A stretch of DNA of 64,000 nucleotides from an uncultured Chloroflexia bacterium (lineage in GTDB: Bacteria > Chloroflexota > Dehalococcoidia > DSTF01 > WHTK01). Positions 48,617-59,017 of this stretch are shown piece by piece. A program made the translations under genes and the position numbers. Below the pieces are notes generated by a model. That model saw only the letters and a program-made list of their open reading frames with translations, was not told the DNA's origin and made no database searches. The stretch is from positions 816,900-880,899 of the forward strand of contig CAVQCN010000001.1 of NCBI GenBank assembly GCA_963711035.1, read 5' to 3'. Positions within the stretch are counted from its first letter, which is position 1. Each line of letters opens with the position of its first letter.

Positions 48617-49993
48617 TCAGTCGGCTGTGTCGTGGGTGTGAACGGTCGCCTTGATGGCGTCGAGGTCGGCGCGCAGGTTTGGTGAATTGCCGACCTCGCG
48701 CTCGAGCTGAGAGCAGGCATGAACGATGGTGGAGTGGTCTTTCTTACCGAGCATCTGGGCGATAGCGGAGTACGTGAGGCCGCTCTCGCTGCGCAGCAGG
48801 TACATGGCGATGTGGCGGGCGTAGGTCAGGTTACGGTTGCGTCGAGGGCTGGCGAGCTCATGGATGCTGATGCCGAGGTGGCTGCAGACGGCGCCGAGCA
48901 GTTCCGCGGGAAGTGCTTTGTGTTGCTCGCCTGGTAAGGGCGCGATGGGTTGCAGGGCGCGTGCTGCGAAGTCGATGGTGACCTCGTCGCGGGAGATGCG
49001 AGCCAGGGCTGTAACGCGGTTGATGGCGCCTTCGAGGTCGCGGATGCTGCCTTTGACGCGGATCGCGAGGTAGTGCTGCACCTCGCCGGGCAGGACGATG
49101 CCCTGGTATTCCGCCTTGAGCTGGACGAAGCGGATGCGGTCTTCGATCGAGGGTTGCTCGATGTTCGCGACGAGGCCCCACTGGAGCTGGGTGTGGAATC
49201 GCGCAGTCTCGCCATTCATGGCGGTGGGATCGCCTGTGACGACCACGGTGCGGCCCTGATCACTGAGGCCGGCGACAGTCTGGTAGAACTCGTTGAGGGT
49301 CGCCTTCTTGCCGTGCAGGATGTGGACGTCGTCGATCAGCAACAGGTCGAGGTCCCGGTAGCGGGCGCGGAAGGCGGCGCCGCTGTGGTTGCGCACGGCA
49401 GTCGTAAACTCGCTGAGGAACTGCTCGGCACCTGCCAGGATGAAGCGTGTGTGCAAAGCGGCAGCCTCGTGACCGATGGCGTGCAGCAGGTGCGTCTTGC
49501 CGCAACCAGAAGGCCCCGTGATCAGCAGCGGTGAGTAGATAGAGGTGCCCTTCGTCGCCGAAATGTCCTGGGCGGCGCTGTAGGCGAGGCGGTTGAAGTT
49601 GCCCTGCATGTAGGTCGAAAAGGAGAAGCGTGGGTTTAGCGGCGTCGATACGCGCAGCGGCAGGAGCGGCGGCTGCAAGGCAGGCGGGTTGATGGCGGCG
49701 ATGGCGTCGTCGGCGGGCTCGAAGCGGACGCTGAGCCCGGACCCTGCGACCGCGCTGAGGGCCTGGCTGATCATGGCCCGCATGCGGGTCGAGAGCCAGT
49801 CGCAGGCCAAGTCGTTCGGCGCTGCGACCACGAGAACGGTGCCATCGAAGCGCAGGCCCACCGTATTCCGGAGCCAGGTGTCGTAGTTCTGGCGGGTAAC
49901 CCGCAGGAGCAATTGTGCCAGTGTCGCCTCCCATATTTGGTGAGGCGAATTGCCTGGTGACGAAAAGGACAAGTTTAACCCTCCGGCCGGCAC
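48617..49993 (-). CDS. dnaA: Chromosomal replication initiator DnaA
   Basis: 458 aa. GPSGCGKTHLLHAIG, LLIDDVHIL, C-terminal DNA-binding domain (RNLTYARHIAMYLLR...HSTIVHA). GTG start. Confidence 0.95.
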   Translation of the reverse strand: MPAGGLNLSFSSPGNSPHQIWEATLAQLLLRVTRQNYDTWLRNTVGLRFDGTVLVVAAPNDLACDWLSTRMRAMISQALSAVAGSGLSVRFEPADDAIAAINPPALQPPLLPLRVSTPLNPRFSFSTYMQGNFNRLAYSAAQDISATKGTSIYSPLLITGPSGCGKTHLLHAIGHEAAALHTRFILAGAEQFLSEFTTAVRNHSGAAFRARYRDLDLLLIDDVHILHGKKATLNEFYQTVAGLSDQGRTVVVTGDPTAMNGETARFHTQLQWGLVANIEQPSIEDRIRFVQLKAEYQGIVLPGEVQHYLAIRVKGSIRDLEGAINRVTALARISRDEVTIDFAARALQPIAPLPGEQHKALPAELLGAVCSHLGISIHELASPRRNRNLTYARHIAMYLLRSESGLTYSAIAQMLGKKDHSTIVHACSQLEREVGNSPNLRADLDAIKATVHTHDTAD

Positions 49994-50204
49994 TGCCTAG
50001 CCAAAAAACAGAGCACCAAGAGGACTTAGGCTGCCCTGCCGTCTTGTCCCCGTCCCCATGCCAACGTGCAGGACGAACGGCAAAGTAGCACAGCCGGAGC
50101 CAAGCCGGTCAAGGCCTTTATGATCAGTTAGGCCACATTTTGTTGGCCCGGCTTAGAGGCTTGCGGTGGCGCGGTCTAAATGCGAGCGATGGATACGCCG
50201 AGTC

Positions 50205-50210
50205 TATAAT
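50205..50210 (+). promoter_or_regulatory. Candidate -10 box (TATAAT) 9 nt upstream of the coaX ATG (near-leaderless transcript)
   Basis: A perfect TATAAT in an otherwise GC-rich region. There is no Shine-Dalgarno between it and ATG 50220. Confidence 0.35.
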
Positions 50211-50219
50211 CAGTGTGAA

Positions 50220-50990
50220 ATGCTTCTCGCAATCGACATCGGAAACACAAACGTAACTATAGGCGTTTACGAGGAAGATCAGTTGCGCGGCACCTGGCGC
50301 ATCGCCACGGACACTGCCCGGCTGGCCGACGAGTATGCCGCCGTGATCATGAGCCTGCTGCAAATGAAGGGTATTGCGCGAGAGCAGATACACTATGCCG
50401 TCTTCGCCAGCGTCGTGCCGTCGTTGTCGTCTGTCTTCGAGGAGGTTTGCCGCCGACACTTCGATGTGGCGCCGCTGCGAGTCGGCGCCGGCGTGCGGAC
50501 CGGCCTGCGCATCCTTTACGAAGACCCGCGCGAGGTCGGCGCCGATCGCATCGTCGACGCGGTCGCCGCGCTCAAGCTGCACGACCCGCCGCTGATCGTC
50601 GTCGACGTGGGCACCGCGGTCGTCTTCGACGCGATTTCGCGCGACGGGGACTATCTGGGCGGAGCCATCGCACCCGGCGTCGGCCTCGCAGCTGACGCGC
50701 TGGCGCAGAAGACGGCCCTGCTGCGTCGCGTCGACCTGCGTCCGCCGAAGCACGCCGTTGGCAACAACACGACGGCAGCTATTCAGTCCGGCATCCTGCT
50801 CGGCTACGCTGGCCTCATCGAATCGATGATCGAGCGCTTCAAGGCCGAAATCGGCGCCGACGCCTGGGTGGTTGCCACGGGAGGCTGGGCCACGCTAATG
50901 GCGGAGCTGACTAGCTTCGACCACGTCGACCCGGACCTGACGCTGAAGGGCCTACGCCATATCTACGAGATGAACGAGGCGCCCGTATGA
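50220..50990 (+). CDS. coaX: Type III pantothenate kinase
   Basis: MLLAIDIGNTNVTIGVY..., GADRIV, VVDVGTA. Start trimmed to ATG 50220. Confidence 0.9.
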   Translation: MLLAIDIGNTNVTIGVYEEDQLRGTWRIATDTARLADEYAAVIMSLLQMKGIAREQIHYAVFASVVPSLSSVFEEVCRRHFDVAPLRVGAGVRTGLRILYEDPREVGADRIVDAVAALKLHDPPLIVVDVGTAVVFDAISRDGDYLGGAIAPGVGLAADALAQKTALLRRVDLRPPKHAVGNNTTAAIQSGILLGYAGLIESMIERFKAEIGADAWVVATGGWATLMAELTSFDHVDPDLTLKGLRHIYEMNEAPV

Positions 50991-52195
50991 CACTGCTGCA
51001 GGGGCGCACCATCCTCCTCGGCGTCTGCGGCAGCGTCGCCGCGTACAAGGCGGCCGATCTGGCGAGCAAGCTCGTGCAGGCGGGTGCAACCCTGGACGTC
51101 ACGATGACAGAGTCGGCGCAGCAATTCGTCGCGCCGCTGACCTTTCGTTCGCTGACGGGCCGGCCTGTCTTTACGGACATGTACCAGCCGGTCACCGACG
51201 CTGCCGAAGAGCACATCGCCGTAGCTCGGCGGGCGGAGCTGATCCTGATCGCACCCGCGTCCGCGACGACCATCGCGCGCCTGGCGCACGGCCTTGCCGA
51301 CGACTTCCTGTCGTTGGTCTACCTGGCCTCGCGGGCGCCGATCCTCGTTGCGCCGGCGATGGACTCACAGATGTGGTCTGCCGCGGCGACGCAGGAGAAC
51401 GTCGAGACGCTGAAGCGCCGCGGCGTCGTCTTCGTAGGTCCCGCGGTCGGGAGGTTGGCCAGCGGAGAGATGGGCGCAGGGCGCCTGGTGGAGCCGGAGC
51501 AGATCGTCGGCGCTGTGAAGCTGGAGCTGGCGAAGGCCGGCGATCTGGCGAGCCGTCACGTCGTCGTCAGCGCCGGCGGTACGCGTGAGCCTATCGACCC
51601 GGTGCGCTTCATCAGCAACCGCTCCAGCGGCAAGATGGGCTTCGCCCTGGCGGAGGCGGCGCGCGACCGCGGCGCCAGCGTGACGCTGGTCTCGACCACG
51701 GCGGCGCTGCCGGTACCCTACGGCGTCGAGCTGGTCGAAGTCGAGACGGTAGCGCAGATGCGCGAGGCAGTACTATCGGCCACGTCCAGTGCGGATGCGC
51801 TGGTGATGGCCGCGGCCGTGTCCGACTTCCGCCCGGCCCAGGCCGGCGAGCAGAAGCTGAAAAAGGGCGAGGGCGGCTTCGTCCTCGATCTCGTCGCCAA
51901 CGCCGACTTCCTGCACGAGGTGCCGGATTCGGTCGTCAAGGTGGGCTTCGCGGCGGAGACGCAGGACGTCATCGCCAACGCGCGCCGCAAGACGCTCTCG
52001 CACGGCCACCTCGACCTGATCTGCGCCAACGACGTCAGCGCCGCGGATGCCGGCTTCGCGGTGGATACGAACCGCGTGACCATCCTCGATGCGAAGGGCG
52101 GCGTAGAAGAGCTGCCCCTCATGAGCAAGTACGATGTCGCCCAGCGCATCTTCGACCGCGTCGTGCCGCTGCTGAATCGGCGTGGCGCCAACTAA
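50987..52195 (+). CDS. coaBC: Bifunctional phosphopantothenoylcysteine decarboxylase / phosphopantothenate-cysteine ligase
   Basis: 402 aa. [17 protein letters not shown]..., [14 protein letters not shown] overlap with coaX. Confidence 0.93.
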   Translation: MTLLQGRTILLGVCGSVAAYKAADLASKLVQAGATLDVTMTESAQQFVAPLTFRSLTGRPVFTDMYQPVTDAAEEHIAVARRAELILIAPASATTIARLAHGLADDFLSLVYLASRAPILVAPAMDSQMWSAAATQENVETLKRRGVVFVGPAVGRLASGEMGAGRLVEPEQIVGAVKLELAKAGDLASRHVVVSAGGTREPIDPVRFISNRSSGKMGFALAEAARDRGASVTLVSTTAALPVPYGVELVEVETVAQMREAVLSATSSADALVMAAAVSDFRPAQAGEQKLKKGEGGFVLDLVANADFLHEVPDSVVKVGFAAETQDVIANARRKTLSHGHLDLICANDVSAADAGFAVDTNRVTILDAKGGVEELPLMSKYDVAQRIFDRVVPLLNRRGAN

Positions 52196-52207
52196 CTACT
52201 CACGCTT

Positions 52208-52300
52208 GTCATTCTGAGCGCAGCGAAGAATCTGGCTCTCGGGCGACCGTGTTTCGGACGTCATTGCGAGCCATCGCGGCAGCGAGGCGCGGCAATCTGG
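52208..52300 (+). repeat. Two tandem family A repeats
   Basis: GTCATTCTGAGCGCAGCGAAGAATCTGG (52208-52235) and the variant GTCATTGCGAGCCATCGCGGCAGCGAGGCGCGGCAATCTGG (52260-52300). A further hairpin lies at 52387-52408. Confidence 0.75.
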
Positions 52301-52585
52301 GATGGGGCCACGGTACGTCCTGGTGCGAGACGGCTTGCAGTGGTATCCGACGTGATTTCAAGTTGACGATGAGATGTCCTCAGGACGGAGCTGAAGCTGC
52401 GTCCCTACGTTAGGACGCACTGTACGGCTCGAAATTCACACTGTTGCACCCGAAATCACCAGGTAACGCACGCCTGCTGGCGGCTGCGTGAGACGGCTCG
52501 GTAGAATATTTCTCACAGTCCCCCGCCCGCGTCAGTTCGATCGCATCCGGGCGGTTCGGCCCGATTCGTTTGCCAGGAGGCCTTC

Positions 52586-54088
52586 ATGAAGCTGAGTGTC
52601 CGCCAGGGCGACGTTACGAGCGCCGCCGTCGACGCCGTCGTCGTCAACCTTTTCGAGGGCGTGACCTCGCCGGGCGGCGGCACCGGCGCCGTTGACCAGG
52701 CGATGGGCGGCGCCATCAGCGAGCTGATCCGCAGCGGGGACATCCGCGGCAAGCTGGGCGAGTTCACGCTAATCCACACCTTCGGCAAGCTGCCTGCGGC
52801 GCGCGTCATCGTGGCGGGCCTCGGCAAGTCGTCCGACTTCAGCATCGACAAGATCCGCGAGCTCTCGGCCGACCTGGCGCGCTACCTGCGACACCATCGC
52901 ATCAAGAGCGCGGTCGTAATCACCCACGGCGCCGGCATCGGCGGCCTGGACCCGCAGGCCTGTGCCGAGGCGATCACCGAGGGAACGCTGCTCGGCCTCT
53001 ACCGTTTCCTGCGTCACAAGCGCAGCGACGACGAGGAGGACATGGAGAGCTTCGAGATAATCGAGTTCGATGCGCCGAAAGTGCCGGCGCTGGAAGCAGG
53101 CGTCGAACGAGGCCGCATCCTGGCGGAGGCGACGAACCTCTGCCGCGACCTCGCCAACGAGCCCGGCAACTACCTGACTCCCACGGACCTGGCGGGACAA
53201 GCCGAGACCCTGGCGCGCGAGACAGGCCTGGAGTTCGAGGTGTACGGCCCGGCCTGGATGCGCGAGAAAGGCATGGGCGGCTTGCTGGGTGTCGCGGCCG
53301 GAAGCGTGCAGGAGCCGCGCCTCATCGTCCTGCGCTACAACGGCGGCGGCGACCGCAAGCCGCTGGCGCTGGTCGGCAAGGGCATCACCTTCGACAGCGG
53401 CGGCATCTCGATCAAGCCGGCCGAGAACATGGGCGACATGAAGGGCGACATGGCGGGCGGTGCATCCGTCATCGCTGCGATGGGCGCCATCGCGCGGCTG
53501 AAGCCGGCCGTCAATGTCATCGCTGTCGTCCCGGCGACGGAGAATATGCCCAGCGGCAGCGCCACCAAGCCCGGCGACGTGCTGGTGACGATGCTCGGCA
53601 AGACGATCGAGGTCGTGAACACGGACGCCGAGGGACGGTTGGTGCTCTCGGACGGCATTGCGTACGCGCGAGAGCAGGGCGCCGAGGCGCTGATCGACGT
53701 GGCGACCCTGACCGGCGCCGTCAGCGTTGCCCTCGGGAACGTGGCCATGGGCGCCATGACCAACGACCCGGTGCTCCTCGAGCGCGTCAAGGCGGCGGCG
53801 GCGACGGCCGGCGAGAAGATATGGGAGCTGCCCATGTTTGAGGAGTACAAGGAGCAGATCAAGAGCGATGTCGCCGACATGAAGAACAGCGGCGGCCGTC
53901 CGGCGGGCTCGATCACGGCGGCCATGCTGCTGCGTGAGTTTGCCGAGGACACGCCCTGGGTTCACCTCGATATCGCCGGTGTGGACATCTACAACCGCGA
54001 CAAGGGCGTCATCGTCAAAGGCGCTAGCGGCATCCCGGTGCGCACGTTGGTGCATCTGGCGCTGCAATACGCAGACGGCGCTCACTAA
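52586..54088 (+). CDS. pepA: Leucyl aminopeptidase (M17)
   Basis: 500 aa. VGKGITFDSGG, NTDAEGRLVLSD. AGGAGG Shine-Dalgarno. Confidence 0.93.
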   Translation: MKLSVRQGDVTSAAVDAVVVNLFEGVTSPGGGTGAVDQAMGGAISELIRSGDIRGKLGEFTLIHTFGKLPAARVIVAGLGKSSDFSIDKIRELSADLARYLRHHRIKSAVVITHGAGIGGLDPQACAEAITEGTLLGLYRFLRHKRSDDEEDMESFEIIEFDAPKVPALEAGVERGRILAEATNLCRDLANEPGNYLTPTDLAGQAETLARETGLEFEVYGPAWMREKGMGGLLGVAAGSVQEPRLIVLRYNGGGDRKPLALVGKGITFDSGGISIKPAENMGDMKGDMAGGASVIAAMGAIARLKPAVNVIAVVPATENMPSGSATKPGDVLVTMLGKTIEVVNTDAEGRLVLSDGIAYAREQGAEALIDVATLTGAVSVALGNVAMGAMTNDPVLLERVKAAAATAGEKIWELPMFEEYKEQIKSDVADMKNSGGRPAGSITAAMLLREFAEDTPWVHLDIAGVDIYNRDKGVIVKGASGIPVRTLVHLALQYADGAH

Positions 54089-54129
54089 CGGCGCGCTGGC
54101 TCCGGCTTCATCGGGGCGAAAGAGGCTAT

Positions 54130-54921
54130 GTGGCTGACATCACCCGCTCGGAGAGCGTTCGAGCCGGCTCAGGCCGCTCGTTCTTGACGCGCCATCGCGC
54201 CTACCGCGACGCTGGTGAGCTGCTGCTGGTGGCGATGGCGTTCCTGCTGTACTTCGTCGTGCGCGCCAACGTCATCGACCGGCCTGCGGAGGCGCTGTCG
54301 CACGCGCATACCGTGATCCGCATAGAGAAGAGCCTCGGCATCTTCGACGAGCCGAGCTGGCAGGCGGCGATCGTCGATCACCGGTTACCGGTGAAGTTCT
54401 TCAATTTCGTCTACTTCTGGCTAGATTTTCCCCTCATCGCCAGCGTGGGCCTGCTGCTCTACTTCCGCCGCCGCACCGACTACACCTTTACGCGCGATGC
54501 GATCCTGGCGTCGGGCGCGCTGGCCCTCATCTCGTACAACTTGTTTCCGGTGGCGCCGCCCCGCCTCGTTCCCGGCATCGGCGTCGTGGACACGCTGCAG
54601 GTGTTCAACAACCTGAGCTACCAGGCGCAGTCGACGCAGTTCTTCGTCAACCCATATGCGGCGATGCCGAGCCTGCACGTTGGCTGGGCCATCTTGCTAG
54701 CCGTCGGCGTGGCACGCGCCTACGGCAGCTCGCGCTGGGTGCTGGGGTTGGCCGTGCTTCATCCCGTCGTGCAGGCGACGTCCACGGTGATGACGGGCAA
54801 CCATTTTTTTCTGGACGGTGGCGCCGGCCTCGTCGCGGCGGGCTTTGGCCTGACGGTGGCCTACGTCATGGAGGGCTGGGGCTACGACTGGCTACGCGAG
54901 CGCTTAGGCGGCAGCGGGTAG
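54130..54921 (+). CDS. PAP2 superfamily membrane protein (PAP2_3 / inositol-phosphotransferase-like)
   Basis: 263 aa, polytopic. AAMPSLHVGWAILLAVG and TGNHFFLD motifs. GTG start. Confidence 0.75.
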   Translation: MADITRSESVRAGSGRSFLTRHRAYRDAGELLLVAMAFLLYFVVRANVIDRPAEALSHAHTVIRIEKSLGIFDEPSWQAAIVDHRLPVKFFNFVYFWLDFPLIASVGLLLYFRRRTDYTFTRDAILASGALALISYNLFPVAPPRLVPGIGVVDTLQVFNNLSYQAQSTQFFVNPYAAMPSLHVGWAILLAVGVARAYGSSRWVLGLAVLHPVVQATSTVMTGNHFFLDGGAGLVAAGFGLTVAYVMEGWGYDWLRERLGGSG

Positions 54922-54926
54922 GCGAC

Positions 54927-54954
54927 GTCGTGGCGACCTTCAGGTCGCCGCGAC
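54927..54954. repeat. GC-rich hairpin with a TTCA loop in a convergent intergenic gap
   Basis: GTCGTGGCGACC-TTCA-GGTCGCCGCGAC. The loop and architecture match the hairpins at 35950-35969 and (opposite strand) 52387-52408. Confidence 0.6.
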
Positions 54955-55043
54955 GGCTACGGTAGATGCGGCCGTTGGCCGGTTCAGAGCAAGGTCGCGG
55001 CTTTAGGCCAGCTCTCGCGCGGGGGTGCGCGGGACGCTAATCC

Positions 55044-55901
55044 CTAGAAGCCTTCGGGGTTGAAGCGCCGGTCGTAGACGCTGACCCAGTCCTTCACCTT
55101 CTGGTCGCTGTACTCGCTGACCGGGAACTTCTCCATTCGGGTCCAGGCCGTGATCGCGATGGTGTCCGGCTCCATGTCGCCGTAGAAGGAGGAGACGACC
55201 TCCTTGCCGCGACTGTCCAGGTCCTTCGTGATCTTCTGGATCTTGTCGATGACATCCTGGTCGGTCGTGTTGTACCAGATGACGGTACCGCCGTGCTCCA
55301 TGTCGTGGACCAGGTTCTCCTTGGGAGCCGGGCTGGTCAGCGCCGTGAACTGCATCGGCCGGTCGGCGTGCGGGCCGGAGGTGGGCGGGTTGCTCGTGTA
55401 GCAGAGCGGGTCGCTCACGTTGCCGGATGCTAGCTGCTCGTCAGTGCAGATCGGGATCACGGTGCCTGTGGGATAGTGCAGGCGGTCGTCCGCCGTGCCC
55501 AGGACGCCGTCCGGGCCGGGATGAGGCGGGTAGTAGGTGCCGGGCAATGACGGATCGTCGTCCATCTGCGCCTTCTGCCAGCTCGCCTGGGCAGTGCCGC
55601 CCGTTTGCGTGATGGCGTACACGAGGATGCCTGCAACGACGATGGCGCCTAGGCCGACCGCGATGGCCACCTTGTTCAGGCGGTTCAGGCGGCTGAGAAA
55701 GCTTTGCTTCGAGCCGGAGCCGCCGCCCCGCTGGCGTTGCCGCCGCGCTCTCGGTTCGCTGCCGGGTTCACGCGCTTCCCTCTCTGCGCGTCGCTCGACG
55801 CGGGACGATCGTTGTCTGCTCACGAATACTCCTCCCAGCCGTGGCCGGCTGGTGTTGATGTTCTCCAGAGAATTATGGCAGGCGCGTCGCACCGAAACCA
55901 A
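55044..55901 (-). CDS. DUF3105 domain protein, membrane-anchored
   Basis: NPPTSGPH...[15 protein letters not shown]. Arg-rich N-terminus followed by one TM helix. Exact start is uncertain. Confidence 0.75.
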   Translation of the reverse strand: MVSVRRACHNSLENINTSRPRLGGVFVSRQRSSRVERRAEREAREPGSEPRARRQRQRGGGSGSKQSFLSRLNRLNKVAIAVGLGAIVVAGILVYAITQTGGTAQASWQKAQMDDDPSLPGTYYPPHPGPDGVLGTADDRLHYPTGTVIPICTDEQLASGNVSDPLCYTSNPPTSGPHADRPMQFTALTSPAPKENLVHDMEHGGTVIWYNTTDQDVIDKIQKITKDLDSRGKEVVSSFYGDMEPDTIAITAWTRMEKFPVSEYSDQKVKDWVSVYDRRFNPEGF

Positions 55902-56044
55902 GTCTCGGAGCTGTTAAGGCAGTTATCGCTGTCCAAACGCACTTCGTGTTAAGAGTTGGCAAACGTTGCGGTGAAACGGAGCGCCATGCTAGACTCGTCG
56001 GGAAGTACGAGAGAAGCATACGAGGAAGGGCCCAGACCGGCCAC

Positions 56045-56311
56045 ATGCTCGCCCAAGAGCTCAAAAGCGAAATCATCCAGAATTACAGGGTCAACGAGGC
56101 GGATACTGGCTCCGCTGAGGTTCAGATCGCGATGCTCACGCAGCGCATCAATGACCTCACCCAGCACCTCCGGGTGCATCGTAAGGACCACCACTCGCGC
56201 CGCGGCTTGCTCAAGATGGTTGGCCAGCGACGCCGCCTGCTTGCCTACCTGAACAAGACAGATGTCGAGCGCTACAGGGCGATCATCGCGAGGCTTGGCC
56301 TCCGCAAGTAA
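56045..56311 (+). CDS. rpsO: 30S ribosomal protein S15
   Basis: [69 protein letters not shown]. Start trimmed to ATG 56045. Confidence 0.95.
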   Translation: MLAQELKSEIIQNYRVNEADTGSAEVQIAMLTQRINDLTQHLRVHRKDHHSRRGLLKMVGQRRRLLAYLNKTDVERYRAIIARLGLRK

Positions 56312-56495
56312 TTCTGCGGAGGTCTCTTTGTAGTTTGGCCGGCCCCGCCCGAGGGACGCAGCGGTTACTGCAAAGCTAACGGTATCCAACATCTCACCCC
56401 GAAACTGCAACGACAGCAGGCGCTGATTGTTGCCACTCGATTGTGCCCTTCCCGTGGCCGGGTGGTCCGGTAGTAAACAGCAAAGGTAGATAACG

Positions 56496-58793
56496 TTGAT
56501 GTCTCACATTTATGAAGTGCAAGTCGAAGGTAAGTCGCTCATCATCGAGACAGGGCGGCTGGCCACGCAGGCCAATGGCTCGATCACGGTGGCCCTGGGC
56601 GAGACGGTCGTCCTGGTCACGGCGTGCGCCAGCCCGGAGCCGCGCGCCGACATCGATTTCTTCCCGCTGACCATCGACTTCGAGGAGCGCCTCTACGCCG
56701 TCGGCAAGATCCCCGGCAGCTTCCCGCGCCGCGAGGGCCGGCCTTCGACGGACGCGATTCTCGCGGGGCGGATGACGGACCGTGCCTTGCGACCGCTCTT
56801 CCCCAAGGGCTTCCGCAACGACGTCCAGATCATCATCACGGTCCTCTCCGCCGACCTGGAGAACGACCCCGACGTGCTGGCGACGATCGGCGCCTCCGCT
56901 GCGTTATCGATCTCGGACATCCCGTTCGACGGGCCGGTCTCGGCTGTACGCATCGGCTACGTCAACGACGAATACGTCATCTACCCGACCTACACCGAGC
57001 TGAAGGACAGCGCCCTCGACCTCGTCGTTTCTTCGACGCGTGAGAAGGTGATCATGGTCGAAGCCGGCGCCAAGGGCGTGCCCGAGGAAGTCTTCATCGA
57101 GGCCGTGCGGCGCGCTCACGAAGCGAATCAGGCAGTGATCGCGGCGCAGGACAAGATGGTCAGCGAGATTGGTCACGCCAAGATGGAGGTCAAGGCCAAG
57201 GCTCTCGACCCGGAGGCACTTGAGGCAGTCCGAGACTTCCTCAAGGATCGCTCCGAGCAGATTATGGCCGCCGTCCAGGTCGAGCGCCAGGAGGGCCGCA
57301 GTGCCCAGATGGCGGAGCTGAGCGAGCACTTCGGCGAGCGCTTCCCCACCGATCAACTGGCGATGGCCCTCGACGCCGTGATCAAGGAGACGGTCCGTAA
57401 CCGCATCCTCACCGACGGCAAGCGCGCCGATGGTCGTGCCCTGGACGAGCTGCGGCCCATCACCTGCGACGTCGGTATCCTGCCGCGCACGCACGGCACC
57501 GGCCTTTTCCAGCGCGGCGAGACGCAGGTGCTCGGCATCGTTACCCTGGGGCCCATGAGCGCGCAGCAGAAGCTGGACACGCTTTCGCCGGAAGAGACCA
57601 AGCGATTCATGCTGCATTACAACTTCCCGCCCTACTCGGTCGGTGAGGTGCGGCGTATGGGCGGCACCGGCCGCCGCGAGATTGGCCACGGTGCCCTCGG
57701 CGAGCGTGCCCTGGAGCCAGTCATCCCCAGCGCGGACGAGTTTCCCTACACGATCCGCATCGTCTCGGAGGTGCTCGGCAGCAACGGCAGCACCTCGCAG
57801 GCCAGCATCTGCGCCGGCACCATGGCCCTCATGGATGCGGGCGTACCGATCAAGGAGCCCGTGGCGGGCGTCGCGATGGGCCTTATCACCGGTGAGGACA
57901 AGTACGAGATTCTCACCGACATCGCCGGTCTGGAAGACTTCCTCGGCGATATGGACTTCAAGGTGGCTGGCACCAGCACCGGCATCACCGCCGTGCAGGC
58001 CGACTTCAAGATCAAGGGCCTGACCCTGGAGCAAGTCAAGGAGATCGTGGAGCGGGCCCGTACCGCCCGGCTCTTCATCCTCGGCAAGCTGAACGAGACC
58101 ATCGAGAGCCCGCGCACGGAGCTCTCGCGCTACGCACCGCGCATGTACCGCATCCAGATCCCGCGCGAGAAGATTGGCGTTGTCATCGGCCCCGGGGGCA
58201 AGATGGTGCGCTCCATCATCGAAGAGACGAAGTGCTCGGTGGACGTCGAGGACGACGGCTCGGTGTACGTCGGCTCCTCCAACGAGGAGAACGCCCGCCG
58301 CGCCATCGCCATCATCGAGGGCCTGACCAAGGAGGCTGAGGTCGGCCAGGTCTACACCGGCCGCGTCACCCGCACGGTCGACTTCGGCGCCTTCGTCGAG
58401 ATCATGCCCGGCAAAGAAGGCCTGGTGCGCATCGGCGAGCTGGCCGACTACCGTGTACCCACCGTCGAAGACGTGGTCAAGGTTGGCGACGAGATACAGG
58501 TCATGGTCATGGAGATCGACAACCTGGGCCGCATCAACCTGTCGCGGCGTGCCATTCTCGAGGGCGCCAGCCCGTCCGACTTCGAGGAGCCGGGTGAGAT
58601 TCCTTCGCCGATGACGCGTCGCAGCTCCACGTTGGCGCCGATGCGCACACAGCAGCCGCGACCGCCGCGGCAGGACGGCCGCGACGGCGGCGGCTTCAAC
58701 CGGCGCCGGGGACGCGGCGGCAGTGGTGGTGGTGGCAACCGCCCCGGTGGCGGCGGAGGTGGCTCCCGGCCGCGACCGCCAATGCCTCGCTAG
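56496..58793 (+). CDS. pnp: Polyribonucleotide nucleotidyltransferase (PNPase) with an Arg/Gly-rich C-terminal extension
   Basis: 765 aa with two RNase PH domains, KH and S1 (GQVYTGRVTRTVDFGAFVEI), then a low-complexity RGG-type tail. The start is TTG 56496 or ATG 56499. Confidence 0.97.
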   Translation: MMSHIYEVQVEGKSLIIETGRLATQANGSITVALGETVVLVTACASPEPRADIDFFPLTIDFEERLYAVGKIPGSFPRREGRPSTDAILAGRMTDRALRPLFPKGFRNDVQIIITVLSADLENDPDVLATIGASAALSISDIPFDGPVSAVRIGYVNDEYVIYPTYTELKDSALDLVVSSTREKVIMVEAGAKGVPEEVFIEAVRRAHEANQAVIAAQDKMVSEIGHAKMEVKAKALDPEALEAVRDFLKDRSEQIMAAVQVERQEGRSAQMAELSEHFGERFPTDQLAMALDAVIKETVRNRILTDGKRADGRALDELRPITCDVGILPRTHGTGLFQRGETQVLGIVTLGPMSAQQKLDTLSPEETKRFMLHYNFPPYSVGEVRRMGGTGRREIGHGALGERALEPVIPSADEFPYTIRIVSEVLGSNGSTSQASICAGTMALMDAGVPIKEPVAGVAMGLITGEDKYEILTDIAGLEDFLGDMDFKVAGTSTGITAVQADFKIKGLTLEQVKEIVERARTARLFILGKLNETIESPRTELSRYAPRMYRIQIPREKIGVVIGPGGKMVRSIIEETKCSVDVEDDGSVYVGSSNEENARRAIAIIEGLTKEAEVGQVYTGRVTRTVDFGAFVEIMPGKEGLVRIGELADYRVPTVEDVVKVGDEIQVMVMEIDNLGRINLSRRAILEGASPSDFEEPGEIPSPMTRRSSTLAPMRTQQPRPPRQDGRDGGGFNRRRGRGGSGGGGNRPGGGGGGSRPRPPMPR

Positions 58794-59017
58794 CTATTAG
58801 CAGGGCGGCGTAGCCGCGCGCGAGCTCTCTCGTCTTTCTGAGACGTCTCAAGTACCAGCCGACGGTGGGTAACCTTCCGCGTTCTTGGAGCCTACTTTCC
58901 GTGAGTAGCGCTTATACAGACGGCGGCAGGTTGCGGTAATCTCTCCGCGAACGGTCTCGACGCAACACGAGGTACGATTCGCCTCGGCTCGAGCGATGAC
59001 CCGGTGGAGGGAAGGCT

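Noticed and set aside
49994-50219. oriC immediately upstream of dnaA.
   Set aside because: There is no cluster of TTATCCACA-like boxes and no marked AT-rich unwinding element visible by eye; I found only one weak 6/9 match. It cannot be settled without a GC-skew and box search on the whole replicon.
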